From: an uncultured candidatus Porisulfidus sp.
Lineage (GTDB): Bacteria; Pseudomonadota; Gammaproteobacteria; Poriferisulfidales; Poriferisulfidaceae
Assembly (NCBI GenBank): GCA_965204575.1
Contig: OZ241993.1
Location: forward strand, 352,001-416,000
Reading direction: 5' to 3'
DNA: 64,000 nt
Part shown: in pieces, positions 41,042-51,244 of the stretch
Layout of the letters: each line of letters opens with the position of its first letter
How positions within the stretch are numbered: position 1 is the first letter of the stretch
Position numbers and translations under genes: made by a program
The notes under the pieces: model-generated
What the model saw: the letters and a program-made list of their open reading frames with translations, nothing else
What the model was told of the DNA's origin: nothing
The model's database searches: none

Positions 41042-42178
41042 TTAGAGTCGATTCCGGTGATCCGGGCAAACGCGATGCGGCAGCTCGACCGGAAAATCGC
41101 GACCCAGCGCCAGTACCCTGAAGCGTTCGCCCATGTGATCGGGATGCGTCAGGGTTTCGATCTGCCCGCGTTGCGCGAGCCACGCGGCTTCATCCGCCGA
41201 GGCGTCGGCAGCTTCCAGCAAGCCGTATTCCAGCAGGAACCCGGCCTGCGAGGTGAACATCAGGATGTCGAATCCCCGCTCCGCCGCCAATTCCGCCACG
41301 TCGGTGAAATCCACGTCCACGCTGATGTCTTCGTGTCCTGGCTGGTGAAACGGGTCCGAATGCGCTTGATGATCCGCATGGCAGCGCAAGGTGCCGGCAA
41401 CACGCTGGGGATGGTAATACTCCCGACGCGGGTAGCCGTAGTCGATGATCAACACAACGCCACGCTGCAGAGATTCATCCAACTCATCCAGCCACGTGCG
41501 CAGAACGTCATGCCGCCACTCCGAGCGATATCCGGTTGCAGGAATCTCCTCAAGTCCGGCAATTAACCGATCCAAGTCCGGGTCGGCCGACGCTCCAAGT
41601 TCCCAACAGAGCCCATCCCCGTCCCGGACGGCAACCATGCGCTCGCGAATGCCTTCGTCGGTCACTTCGAAACAGCGAGCCGGCAGGGCGTCCAGAAATT
41701 CATTGGCCAGCACGATTCCCTCGAACGCCTTGGGCAGCCTGTCGGACCAGTGCGGCAGCGCGCTCCGGCCATCCAGGGTCTCGGCCTGTCGCTTTCGCAG
41801 TCCGGACGAACGCTCCAGCAACCAGTAATTATCAGGTGGAGCTTGCAGTGCGCCCAGAACATCACGCGCCAGCCTGCCGTCTCCGGGCCCATATTCTGCT
41901 ATCGCGCCGCCATCCAGTTCCCCCTGTGCAAGGTCACAGAAACGCGCCACGCAGCGGGCGAGGAAATCTCCCAATCCCGGCGCGGTGACAAAATCCCCGG
42001 ATGTCCCGAATATGGGGTGCGCCCGTTCGTAGTATCCGTAGTCCGGAGCATACAGCGCCTGTTCCATGTACTGGTCGAACCGCAACGGGCCTTCTTGCCG
42101 GATTCGCTCCGCCAAGCGCAGGCGCAAGGCATCCACGGGAATCTCCGATTCGGACACGGGCGAGGAAATGGCAGCCAT
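41042..42178 (-). CDS. SAM-dependent methyltransferase (MidA/NDUFAF7 family)
   Basis: YMEQALY....GYY, GDFVTAP, ANEFLDALP, IDYGY, MGERF. Confidence 0.9.
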   Translation of the reverse strand: MAAISSPVSESEIPVDALRLRLAERIRQEGPLRFDQYMEQALYAPDYGYYERAHPIFGTSGDFVTAPGLGDFLARCVARFCDLAQGELDGGAIAEYGPGDGRLARDVLGALQAPPDNYWLLERSSGLRKRQAETLDGRSALPHWSDRLPKAFEGIVLANEFLDALPARCFEVTDEGIRERMVAVRDGDGLCWELGASADPDLDRLIAGLEEIPATGYRSEWRHDVLRTWLDELDESLQRGVVLIIDYGYPRREYYHPQRVAGTLRCHADHQAHSDPFHQPGHEDISVDVDFTDVAELAAERGFDILMFTSQAGFLLEYGLLEAADASADEAAWLAQRGQIETLTHPDHMGERFRVLALGRDFPVELPHRVCPDHRNRL

Positions 42179-42227
42179 GGCGTTGCTATTATCGCGTTAT
42201 CATGGACAGGAGTTGACAGACAGGAAA

Positions 42228-42980
42228 ATGACCTCCCCTTCCTTGGACGGCCAAGCCATCCTGATTACCGGTTCCGCGCGCCGGTTGGGCGCGCATATGG
42301 CACACCATCTGCACCAGGCCGGCGCCAATATCGTGCTGCATTGCCGGCACTCCGTGGTCGAGGCTCAGCGACTGGCGGAAGAACTGCAGGAACAGCGCCC
42401 GGATTCGGTCGCCCTCGTCACCGCCGACCTCCGCGAGGAGCAGAGTGAATTTTCCATCATTGCGGCAGCCGTGCAGTCGTTCGGGCAACTGGACGTACTC
42501 ATCAACAATGCTTCTCTGTTCGACCCCGGCGGGATAGCCCCGGCAAACCCGGAGCAATGGGAAGAAATCCAAGCCGTCAATGTCCGGGCTCCATGGCTGC
42601 TGGCGGAAGCAGCAACGCCGTACCTGCGCGAGACGCAGGGCTGCATTATCAACCTTCTGGACATTTACGCCATGCGCCCGCTGCGCGGCTACCTGTCGTA
42701 CAGTACCAGTCAAGCCGCCTTGGCCGGACTGACCCGCGCCCTGGCGCTGGAACTCGCCCCAGACGTGCGCGTCAACGGCATTGCGCCGGGCGCGATCCTG
42801 TGGCCGGATGAAGCCGATGGCTGGGACCGCCAAGCCATTATCGACAGCACGGCGCTGAAGCGTCTCGGCCACCCGGACGATATCGCCCGCGCGGCACTAT
42901 TCCTGATTAGGGATGCGGGCTACCTGACGGGAGAAGTCCTGACCGTCGACGGCGGGCGTAGTCTCACGCCCTGGACCTGA
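42228..42980 (+). CDS. folM: Pteridine reductase (SDR)
   Basis: ITGSARRLG, LINNASLF, VNGIAPGAILWP; folK/folB context. Confidence 0.85.
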   Translation: MTSPSLDGQAILITGSARRLGAHMAHHLHQAGANIVLHCRHSVVEAQRLAEELQEQRPDSVALVTADLREEQSEFSIIAAAVQSFGQLDVLINNASLFDPGGIAPANPEQWEEIQAVNVRAPWLLAEAATPYLRETQGCIINLLDIYAMRPLRGYLSYSTSQAALAGLTRALALELAPDVRVNGIAPGAILWPDEADGWDRQAIIDSTALKRLGHPDDIARAALFLIRDAGYLTGEVLTVDGGRSLTPWT

Positions 42981-43457
42981 TACCGGGCGCAGGGTGACAG
43001 GGTTGTCGTCCTGCCATTCCTGCCACAGTTGCGCAATGGAGATTCCCAGCACCGGGTGCTCCAGGCCCCCGCAGATCTCCGCCAGAGGGCCAAGCACGAA
43101 CTCATGGTGCAGGATTTCTTCGCGCGGCAAGGACAGGACCCCATCCCCCAGTACCCAATCGTCATAGAGCAACACGTCCAGATCGATCGTGCGGGACACG
43201 AAACGATCCTTGCCCCGAACCCGTTCCAGTTCAGTCTCGATCCGGTATAAGGCCTTGTTGACGACATGAGGGTGGTCTTGCGTGTCGAACGCCACGACCA
43301 TGTTGTGAAAATCGTCGCCCTCGAATCCCAGCGCCGGGGATTCGTACAGGGTGGATCGGGTCAGCGGCCCGTAATGCTCCTCCAGCCGCTCCAGAGCTTC
43401 CGCAATCTTGCGCTCCCGGTCGATGTTGCTGCCGAGGCTGACATACACCCGCGCCAT
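42897..43457 (-). CDS. folK: 2-amino-4-hydroxy-6-hydroxymethyldihydropteridine diphosphokinase
   Basis: YVSLGSNI, SRTIDLDVLLY, FVLGPLAEI. Confidence 0.93.
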   Translation of the reverse strand: MARVYVSLGSNIDRERKIAEALERLEEHYGPLTRSTLYESPALGFEGDDFHNMVVAFDTQDHPHVVNKALYRIETELERVRGKDRFVSRTIDLDVLLYDDWVLGDGVLSLPREEILHHEFVLGPLAEICGGLEHPVLGISIAQLWQEWQDDNPVTLRPVSGPGRETTPAVDGQDFSRQVARIPNQE

Positions 43458-43807
43458 TAATCCCCTCGCTCGATCTCGACCCCGACTTCCTGCGCGGTTC
43501 GGACTGCAAATGGCTTGGCGATTCGGACTCGCACCCAGCTCACCGAGAATTCTTCACGGACAAGGCCCGCCACCGCCTCGGCCAGCGACTCGACCAACTG
43601 ATACTGGCTGTTCTCCACGAATTCCACCACACGCTGGCTGATCGCCTTGTAGTCGACGGCCTCCTCCAGCGTATCGCTGGTCGCCGTATGCGCCACATCG
43701 GCCCGGAGATCCAGATCCAGCACCAGATTTTGGCGAATCTGCTTCTCCCATTCGAAAACGCCGATTACGGCCTTCGCTTTGAGGCCCCGGATGAAAACTG
43801 TATCCAT
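43457..43807 (-). CDS. folB: Dihydroneopterin aldolase
   Basis: IGVFEWEKQIRQ, VDY, LVESLAE, KP.AV...VGVEIER. Confidence 0.95.
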   Translation of the reverse strand: MDTVFIRGLKAKAVIGVFEWEKQIRQNLVLDLDLRADVAHTATSDTLEEAVDYKAISQRVVEFVENSQYQLVESLAEAVAGLVREEFSVSWVRVRIAKPFAVRTAQEVGVEIERGD

Positions 43808-43911
43808 GATTCAGCCGTAAAATTTAGGGGAGCTTGGTTGGTTTTCAGAAAGTGTCAAGGATATTATCCTGTGGGGAATTATGTAGCAAAATCTGCAAAA
43901 GGAGAGAAATA

Positions 43912-44145
43912 TCACCTAATTTTCTTTTTCAGTTCAAAAAACCTCTCCCTAGACATCCCCGCTGATCTCATACAGCTTTTAATCACGCCTACTTTCACAT
44001 CCTTCTTCATGGGGATTGTTACAGGTTCGCTATGTCCATCTTTCTCTAAGATGAGATGAGACCCACGCGTATGCTCGTTTGTAAAGCCATCAGCTTTAAA
44101 GATTTTAGAAAGCGTTTGCCATTTATGCGGCGTGAGCCTGTCCAT
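43912..44145 (-). CDS. hicA: HicA-family toxin
   Basis: GF....RGSH......PVTIP with the catalytic His. Confidence 0.85.
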   Translation of the reverse strand: MDRLTPHKWQTLSKIFKADGFTNEHTRGSHLILEKDGHSEPVTIPMKKDVKVGVIKSCMRSAGMSRERFFELKKKIR

Positions 44146-44482
44146 GAGCAACCAATGAAATCGGAACACTTATCATATGTTCGTCCTCAAGATTATTATT
44201 CTCATTATGTTCTTGGCTCACAGCTAATTCAAAACCAAGATCGCTCAATACCTTGTCCAAAACATGGCGGCTTAAGCAGGACTCAAGGAAAAATTGAATT
44301 GCTTCCACAAGATTCTCAAGCGCTTCTTCTTCTGTATCGCCTTGGCTGAAAACATCAAGTGGAGGACAAGATGAAACATAAGCGTTTCCATCCTTTTCGA
44401 TTTCATATGGCATGCACACTTCAAACCGTATCAAATAAGGTTCCATGTGTATCCTCTTGAAAGTTAGGTTGATTGACCTCAA
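44123..44482 (-). CDS. hicB: HicB-family antitoxin (hicBA order)
   Basis: YVSSCPPLDVFSQGDTEEEALENLVEAIQFFLE; true start may be the internal ATG. Confidence 0.85.
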   Translation of the reverse strand: MRSINLTFKRIHMEPYLIRFEVCMPYEIEKDGNAYVSSCPPLDVFSQGDTEEEALENLVEAIQFFLESCLSRHVLDKVLSDLGFELAVSQEHNENNNLEDEHMISVPISLVAHGQAHAA

Positions 44483-44973
44483 ACACGCTACTATGTTCGA
44501 GGATAGAGCAAATTCTACCTTAAATGGCGCTTCGCGGAGATTTCTTCTTTCCCCTCTGGCAGGTGCAACTCTTCGACGAGCTTCACCAGTTCATTCTGTG
44601 CCTCTCCTTTAGGAGGGCGCGCGTCATCGGTCATAACCGAGAGCACTCTTCATCAAGTCTTTCCATGGCCTTCTCTGAAGACCCCAAGAGCCGCAAGTAA
44701 GCCTGCGACCTTCGCGTATGAAGATATATCTTTATGAGGTTGCTTATGCTTTCAGACGGATAATGCACCTGGCAGAAGGCATCAACAAAAGATGTTTTCC
44801 ATTGTCCCTCCAGCCCAGCCTGATCGCGGTAGGAGTATGGCCGGATTGTTTTATCTTCAGTTTTCATGGTGAAGTCGCATAAAATCTCTCAGGCCGAAAC
44901 TTTTGAATGTTCAATGGTAGGGTTTGCGGGATAATACCACAGACTCAGTTAGATCTCAGCACACCAATCTATT

Positions 44974-46321
44974 GGCGCATCACGGTTTTGTGTGGAATAG
45001 AGGGTCAGGGATAATGCTTCCGCGTTTTAGTCTGGAGTGTGGTCTGATGGAAGCAGTGAACAAGTTTTGCGAGATGCTGATGTTTCTGCATCCGCCGTGG
45101 GAGGTGGTCTCGGTGTCCTGTCGGGAAGGAGGCGAGGATCGCAGCCCGGGGCGCGTCACGATCGAGTTGGCCTATCAGGCGAAGAGCCTGGTGCCGTGTC
45201 CGGAATGCGGGACCTTGTGCAAGCGGCACGACACGAAGGCGCGGGAGTGGCGGGACCTGGATTTGATGGGTTGGCGCACGACCTTGCGGGCCGAGGTGCC
45301 GCGGGCGAACTGCCCGGAGCACGGGATTCGGCAGATCGCGGTGCCGTGGGCGGAGTCCCACGGTCGTTTCACGATGCGCTTCGAGACGGAGGTGATCGAG
45401 GACCTGCTGGCGATGCCGCTGCGGGCGGTGGCGCAGAAGTGGGGGCTGAGCTGGCATCAGGCGGACGGCATCCGCTCGCGGGCGGTGCGGCGCGGATTGG
45501 CGCGACGCGGGCCGCAGGCACCGAAGCGGATCGGCATCGACGAGACCTCGTTCCAGAAGCGGCATGAATATGTCTCGATCGTGGTCGATCAGAAGCCGGC
45601 GTCCGGGCGCAAGGGGGTGGTGCTGTATGTGGGAGACCGCAAGGATCAGGCAGCGGTGGAGCCGTTTTTCAGAGAGTTGGGCGACGCCGCCTGCGCGCAG
45701 GTTGAGACGGCCGCGATGGATCTGGCGCCGGCCTACATCGCGGCGACCCTGAAGTACACCCAGGCCGACATCTGCATCGACCGCTTCCATGTGGTGAGCC
45801 TGCTCAACCAGGCGGTGGACCAGGTGCGCCGGGCGGAGCACAAGAGGTTGCTGGCGCAAGGCGATGCCCGCCTGGCGGGCACCCGTTTCGACTGGCTGAT
45901 GACCGAGGAGCGGATGGGCCCGGCCCGGCGCCAGCGTCTGGAAGCGTTACGCAAGGAGGACCTGAAGGTGGCCCGGGCCTGGATCCTGAAGGAACGGGCG
46001 GCGGAGATCTGGGCGTTGCGCGACCGGACCCTGGCCTACTACGCCTGGGAAGCCTGGCATCAGGCGGCGAAACGCTCGCGGCTGGCCCCGGTGATCAAGG
46101 CGGCGGAGACGATCTGGAAGCATGTGGAAGAGATCCTGAACGCCGCCGTGCTGGGCATCAGCAATGCCCTGTCGGAATCCATCAACGCGAAAGTGCAGTG
46201 GATCAAACGCCAAGCCTGCGGCTACCGCAGCCGCGAGCGCTTCCGTGAAGCCATCTACTTTCACTTGGGCGGACTCGACCTGTATCCGAGACCTCCGTTC
46301 CACACAATTCCGTGAAGACCC
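44974..46321 (+). mobile_element. ISL3-family insertion sequence
   Basis: Imperfect terminal IRs GGCGCATCACGGTTTTGTGTGGAA / GGGTCTTCACGGAATTGTGTGGAA; 8-bp target duplication AATCTATT at 44966-44973 and 46322-46329. Confidence 0.95.
45047..46315 (+). CDS. ISL3 transposase
   Basis: CPECG...CPEHG zinc finger, IGIDE, MD, DRFHV, SNALSESIN, GYRS. Confidence 0.95.
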   Translation: MEAVNKFCEMLMFLHPPWEVVSVSCREGGEDRSPGRVTIELAYQAKSLVPCPECGTLCKRHDTKAREWRDLDLMGWRTTLRAEVPRANCPEHGIRQIAVPWAESHGRFTMRFETEVIEDLLAMPLRAVAQKWGLSWHQADGIRSRAVRRGLARRGPQAPKRIGIDETSFQKRHEYVSIVVDQKPASGRKGVVLYVGDRKDQAAVEPFFRELGDAACAQVETAAMDLAPAYIAATLKYTQADICIDRFHVVSLLNQAVDQVRRAEHKRLLAQGDARLAGTRFDWLMTEERMGPARRQRLEALRKEDLKVARAWILKERAAEIWALRDRTLAYYAWEAWHQAAKRSRLAPVIKAAETIWKHVEEILNAAVLGISNALSESINAKVQWIKRQACGYRSRERFREAIYFHLGGLDLYPRPPFHTIP

Positions 46322-46388
46322 AATCTATTTAGCGGGGACACCTTAAAGGTACGGTAAAATTGCGCGTTCAGGGCGGGCTCACCGCCGT

Positions 46389-46476
<88 letters not shown>

Positions 46477-46590
46477 TCGCTCCAAAACCAGAAGGAAAGA
46501 CCGGGCAATGCCCGGCCTAGCCCTGTCTGCAAGGCAGTGTGTCCGCCTGTCTGACCCAACGCTTTCCGTCAAGACTCCCGTCTCACCGGA

Positions 46591-46971
46591 TCAACTGTGG
46601 CGAAGATAGGCAAACCGGGGATCATCCGGAGTGCCTTCGAGTGCCGAACCTTCAGGGGGCTGCCAGGTCATGGCCTCCTCGATCCGGGCCGCCAACTCAA
46701 AGTCCCGGTTGGTCACCCCTTTCTTCGCATGGGTGGTCAGTTTGACGATCACGAACGCATATGAAACGGTCAGGTCCGGATGATGCCAGCCCTGTTCCGC
46801 CAGGTGTCCGATCGTGGTCACGGCCATGAGCGTACCCTTCCAGCTTGCCGTGCGGTATTTGCGACGGATCCAGCCGGATTCCAAATACCATTCGGGCAGT
46901 TCTTCCTTGAGCCGCGCCTCGATTTCCTCGTCCGTGTAGGTCGCGTCGTTGTCTTCTTTTTTCAGGCTCAT
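46591..46971 (-). CDS. Pterin-4a-carbinolamine dehydratase family protein
   Basis: AE..WHHPDL, LTTH...GVT.RDFELA. Confidence 0.88.
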   Translation of the reverse strand: MSLKKEDNDATYTDEEIEARLKEELPEWYLESGWIRRKYRTASWKGTLMAVTTIGHLAEQGWHHPDLTVSYAFVIVKLTTHAKKGVTNRDFELAARIEEAMTWQPPEGSALEGTPDDPRFAYLRHS

Positions 46972-47137
46972 GATTTTCCCTCGTGCTGCATCCTCCCATT
47001 CTACTCTTGCGCGGTCATAAAATAAGAGAGCCTGCGCCGGCCCTGTATGCCCCGCACCGTGCGAGTGCGGATGTGGAACCACGTGCCAGTGCCGGCAGAA
47101 AATTCGGGAAAGAGAATATCCGCCAACAAATACTGAC

Positions 47138-47602
47138 ATGTGCCTGAATCCATGCCGAATCCGGCGGGTGCTCCTGCCTCCAGCCATCCTTGCGGCGGTT
47201 ATTTTCCTGTTGCCCGCATGCAGCGGGGAAAGAACCGACCTGACGGGCGCCCAAGCCTGGATACTCGAGCCCTCTGCCGAAGGCATTTCCACTGGCGGCC
47301 TGACCGTGCACAACCGGACCGATGAAGCGCGAATACTGCTGCACATCATGGCGGCTGACTTCAGGCAGGCGGGCATCCACGCAAAAACACGTTCCAGCTC
47401 CCCACCTTCCATCATCGTCGAAGCCCACCAAACCACCGGACTGCCCCCGGATGGCATCGTTTTCCTGCTGGAAGGACCTGAACGTCCCCTTCACGCCGGT
47501 GACAAGACCTTGCTCGCACTTCATTTCGACGACAGCCAAGCGATTTTCATCAACGCGGAAGTCCAAGCGTCTTCCCCGCCCTCCCCCGAGCCTGAGCCAT
47601 GA
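47138..47602 (+). CDS. Degenerate PCu(A)C-like lipoprotein
   Basis: LPAC lipobox, AW...GLTVHN, PLHAGD...LALHF scaffold; the usual Met/His copper ligands are mostly absent. Confidence 0.55.
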   Translation: MCLNPCRIRRVLLPPAILAAVIFLLPACSGERTDLTGAQAWILEPSAEGISTGGLTVHNRTDEARILLHIMAADFRQAGIHAKTRSSSPPSIIVEAHQTTGLPPDGIVFLLEGPERPLHAGDKTLLALHFDDSQAIFINAEVQASSPPSPEPEP

Positions 47603-48300
47603 GCGATTTCGGCGATGCCCTGATTGCCTCAGCCGGTCTCTTGACGGGACTGAACCCTGATCTCCTGGAGATCATCCGGTTGTCATTGTTCGTCACCCTG
47701 ACTGCCGTCTGCATCGCGACCGTGATCGGTATTCCGCTGGGAGGCCTGCTTGCAGTCAAGCGATTCCCGGGGCGCGCGTTCGTCGTGCTCATAATTGACA
47801 CTTTCATGGGGCTACCGCCCGTTGTCGTCGGATTGATCGTCTATCTGTGGCTGTCACGTTCCGGCCCTCTCGGCGTGCTGGGCCTGCTGTACACCCCAAC
47901 CGCGATGATCATTGCGCAGTGCCTGTTGGTCACACCCATCATTGCCGCATTGTCCCGCCAAGTCATTGCCGATGCCCACGGCCAATATGACGAACAGCTT
48001 CGTTCCTTGGGCGCGGCACGTTGGCAGCGCATCGCCACCCTGCTCTGGGAGACCCGGACCAGCCTTCTTGTGACGGTGCTGGCCGGCTTCGGACGAGCCA
48101 ACGCGGAGGTCGGCGCCGTCATGATCGTGGGTGGAAACATCAACCATGTCACCCGTGTAATGACGACCAGCGTCGCCTACGAAACCAGCCGCGGCAACCT
48201 CACCCAAGCCCTGGCACTCGGCATCGTGCTGATCCTGATCGCCATGCTGTTGACCCTGCTGCTGCACCAGTTGCGCAGGCTCAACGTGGAGCCCGGATGA
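47599..48300 (+). CDS. tupB: Tungstate ABC transporter permease
   Basis: MGLPPVVVGL, SRSGPLG, GFGRA.AEVGAVMIVGGNI...TRVMTT. Confidence 0.88.
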   Translation: MSDFGDALIASAGLLTGLNPDLLEIIRLSLFVTLTAVCIATVIGIPLGGLLAVKRFPGRAFVVLIIDTFMGLPPVVVGLIVYLWLSRSGPLGVLGLLYTPTAMIIAQCLLVTPIIAALSRQVIADAHGQYDEQLRSLGAARWQRIATLLWETRTSLLVTVLAGFGRANAEVGAVMIVGGNINHVTRVMTTSVAYETSRGNLTQALALGIVLILIAMLLTLLLHQLRRLNVEPG

Positions 48301-49040
48301 TGCGGCATTCCCCGGATTCCCTGTTTCCTCTCGCCGTATCCGGCCTTGATTTCTCTGTCGGCGAAGAACGGCTGTTGTCCGGGTTGTCGTTCGAACTGGA
48401 AGGAAAAGGCTGTACGGCAATACTCGGCCCAAACGGTTCCGGCAAAACCCTTCTGTTGCGCCTGTGCCACGGCATGCTCACGCCGACTGCCGGTTCTATC
48501 CGGTGGGGAGAAGCCACGCCAGTTCAAGCCCTGCCGTCGCAGGCCATGGTCTTTCAGTTGCCCGCCATGCTCAACCGCAGCGTGCGAGCCAACATCGACT
48601 ATGCGCTGAGGCTGCGCCGTATCCCTCGCGATGAACGACAACGGCTTGTCCAAGAGGCCGTTAAGCTCTGCGGCCTGACAGAAGTCGTCGGGCGCAATGC
48701 CCGCGTCCTGTCCGGCGGTGAGCGGCAGAAACTGGCCATCGCGCGGGCCTGGGTCACCCGGCCACGCGCCTTGCTGATGGACGAGCCGACTTCGGAACTG
48801 GATCCCCTCGCCACCCGGGAGATCGAATCCATGATCCAGCGGGTCGTTGCCCAAGGCGTTCGCGTCATCTTGGCGACGCACGATATGAATCAAGTCCGTC
48901 ACCTGGCAGACGATGTCCTGTTCCTGGAATACGGCCGTTTAAGGGCTCACCTGTCGATCGGGGACTTTCTGAATTATCAAGGCGACGACACGATGCGCGA
49001 TTTTGTTGCTCATCCGACCCGTTCCGGAGCCATCTCATAA
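48297..49040 (+). CDS. tupC: Tungstate ABC transporter ATPase
   Basis: GPNGSGKT, LSGGE, MDEPT; lies between tupB and tupA. Confidence 0.85.
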   Translation: MMRHSPDSLFPLAVSGLDFSVGEERLLSGLSFELEGKGCTAILGPNGSGKTLLLRLCHGMLTPTAGSIRWGEATPVQALPSQAMVFQLPAMLNRSVRANIDYALRLRRIPRDERQRLVQEAVKLCGLTEVVGRNARVLSGGERQKLAIARAWVTRPRALLMDEPTSELDPLATREIESMIQRVVAQGVRVILATHDMNQVRHLADDVLFLEYGRLRAHLSIGDFLNYQGDDTMRDFVAHPTRSGAIS

Positions 49041-49045
49041 GTCTC

Positions 49046-49858
49046 ATGCGCCTTACATTCGCCTTTCTCTTGGGCTGCCTGGCATTCCCTTCCGCAATGG
49101 CGGAGTCGGAATTCCTGACCATCGCATCCACCACTTCGACGGATCACTCCGGGCTGTACGATTACCTGTTGCCGATCTACGAGAAGAAATCCGGCGTAAG
49201 TTTCCGGGTTGTGGCCGTCGGCACCGGCCAGGCCATTCGCAATGCGATGCGGGGAGATGCCGACCTGCTGATCGTTCACCACCGCGAATCGGAAGAACGT
49301 TTCGTCGCCGAAGGCTACGGATTGCAGCGGGATGACCTGATGTACAACGAGTTCATGCTGATCGGGCCGCGCGAAGATCCCGCGAAGGTTTCAGAAGCGG
49401 ACAGCATCGCGGAGGCCCTGCATCGTATTTCCCGATCGGGTCTTACTTTCGTCTCTCGTGGCGATGACAGCGGAACCCATAAGCGGGAATTGGAGCTGTG
49501 GGAAAAAGCGGAGGTTCAGGTTCGCCCTGCCAGCGGGGACTGGTACTGGGAGGCCGGGGCCGGAATGGGGCCGACCCTGAACATGGCCGCCGCGCGCAAC
49601 GCTTATGTCTTGAGTGACGGCGCCACCTGGGCCGCGTTCGGCAATCGGCAGGACCTAGTCGTGTTGTATCGGGATGATCCGCTACTGCACAACCAGTACG
49701 GCATCATCGTGGTCAACCCCGACCGACATTCGCACGTCAAGTGGGAACTGGCTCAAGCGTTTTCGGAATGGCTGCTGTCGGAAGACGGACAGCAGAGGAT
49801 CGCGGATTTCAAAATTGTTGGCGAGCAGGTGTTTTTCCCGAATGCCCAGCCGCGCTGA
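49046..49858 (+). CDS. tupA: Tungstate-binding protein
   Basis: ASTTST signature, VGTGQA, SRGDDSGTH, GMG. Confidence 0.9.
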   Translation: MRLTFAFLLGCLAFPSAMAESEFLTIASTTSTDHSGLYDYLLPIYEKKSGVSFRVVAVGTGQAIRNAMRGDADLLIVHHRESEERFVAEGYGLQRDDLMYNEFMLIGPREDPAKVSEADSIAEALHRISRSGLTFVSRGDDSGTHKRELELWEKAEVQVRPASGDWYWEAGAGMGPTLNMAAARNAYVLSDGATWAAFGNRQDLVVLYRDDPLLHNQYGIIVVNPDRHSHVKWELAQAFSEWLLSEDGQQRIADFKIVGEQVFFPNAQPR

Positions 49859-50011
49859 GTGCTCGGACAGTGTAGCTTAGGGAAAGGAAGAATCTTCCTC
49901 ATAAAGTAAATTTAAATATTTTTTGTTGTATTTGTACTTTTAGTGCAGTATAATTCACATTGAAAATGATTTTATGGCGGAATAACGCCATATATCTTGT
50001 GGGAGAGCGCC

Positions 50012-51244
50012 ATGCTGTACAGACTGGAAATCGAAAACTTCCTGTGCTTCCGGGAGCGCCAAGTTATTGATCTAACCGTCTCAAAAACAGCGGCTTTGGA
50101 TGAAGCGCATTTCGCCCCGATTTTTGCGGGTGCAACGGTCAAAGCCCCCAAAACCGTTGTCATCTATGGCGCAAACGCTTCGGGCAAGTCCACGGTAGTC
50201 AAGGCCATATCCTTGTTGGCGTATTTCGTAATCAACAGTTATGAAAATAGAAACGCGGTCGATCTCATCTATCAGCCATTCGCAGACGAGGACATGCCCA
50301 AGAAACCGGTATACCTGGCAATTGAATTCGGCGACACCATGGATCTGGTTCCCGAAATCAACCCCGAAGAAGTCTCTGACGACAGAACCTATGGAGTCTG
50401 GCGCTACGAACTCGAAGTAGTCAGAGTCGATGCGAAAACCGTGCGAGTGCACAAGGAAGTCCTACGCCAGAAACCCAATGGTGCTGGCAAATGGAGAAGG
50501 GTCTTTGAGTGGAACGGAGAAAGCCTGCAAGGATCGAAAGTTTTCCCTCTCGGCAACCATGCACAAGAGATCGAGAAAATCCCTGCTGTTTCAAGCGTCA
50601 TCGGTACACTAGCGTGGTATGAGCACAAGGCATCCAAGGTCCTTGTTAATGCTGCACGGGGGATTATTGGCAATATTTTGCTCGACAAATTTGAAGGGGA
50701 TCCCTTCTTAAAGTATTGTTTAGAATTTTACCTGGCAAATCCTGATGCCATAAAAAGCCTGAATCAGGAAATTCAGCGACTTGATATAGGAATCAGGCAG
50801 ATGAGCATTGTTCCCGGGATGAATGACCCTTTTGCTACATTCGAACACTACGGATTGACCGCCCCCGTGATATGGATGATGGAAAGCCAAGGAACACGTT
50901 CTTTCGTCCGATCATTCTTCCAAATCTACGCCGCGCTTCAGTCCGGCGGAGTCGCGGTCATGGACGAACTGGATCAGTCCCTCCACCCCAACCTTCTCCC
51001 CGAGATTCTGCACTGGTTTCACTCGCAGACAGACAATCCCGATGGCGCCCAATTGTGGGCGACCTGCCACACTGCTCCACTGATGGATGATCTTTTGAAA
51101 GAAGAGATCATCTTCTGTGAAAAAGACCGGCGTGGGCGCGCTCAAGCATACTGCCTCAAGGAAATTCAGGGGGTTCGAAGAAACGAGCATTTCACAAAGA
51201 AATATCTGGGCGGGGTCTATGGAGGAATCCCCAACATCGGATGA
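50012..51244 (+). CDS. ABC/AAA_21-type ATPase (RloA/AbiLi-like)
   Basis: IENFLCF, YGANASGKS, ESQGT, MDELDQSLHP, ATCH, YLGGVYGGIP. Confidence 0.88.
   Translation: MLYRLEIENFLCFRERQVIDLTVSKTAALDEAHFAPIFAGATVKAPKTVVIYGANASGKSTVVKAISLLAYFVINSYENRNAVDLIYQPFADEDMPKKPVYLAIEFGDTMDLVPEINPEEVSDDRTYGVWRYELEVVRVDAKTVRVHKEVLRQKPNGAGKWRRVFEWNGESLQGSKVFPLGNHAQEIEKIPAVSSVIGTLAWYEHKASKVLVNAARGIIGNILLDKFEGDPFLKYCLEFYLANPDAIKSLNQEIQRLDIGIRQMSIVPGMNDPFATFEHYGLTAPVIWMMESQGTRSFVRSFFQIYAALQSGGVAVMDELDQSLHPNLLPEILHWFHSQTDNPDGAQLWATCHTAPLMDDLLKEEIIFCEKDRRGRAQAYCLKEIQGVRRNEHFTKKYLGGVYGGIPNIG

Noticed and set aside
42897-42980. 84-bp convergent overlap of folK and folM
   Set aside because: Most simply a run-on C-terminus of folK; no sign of function
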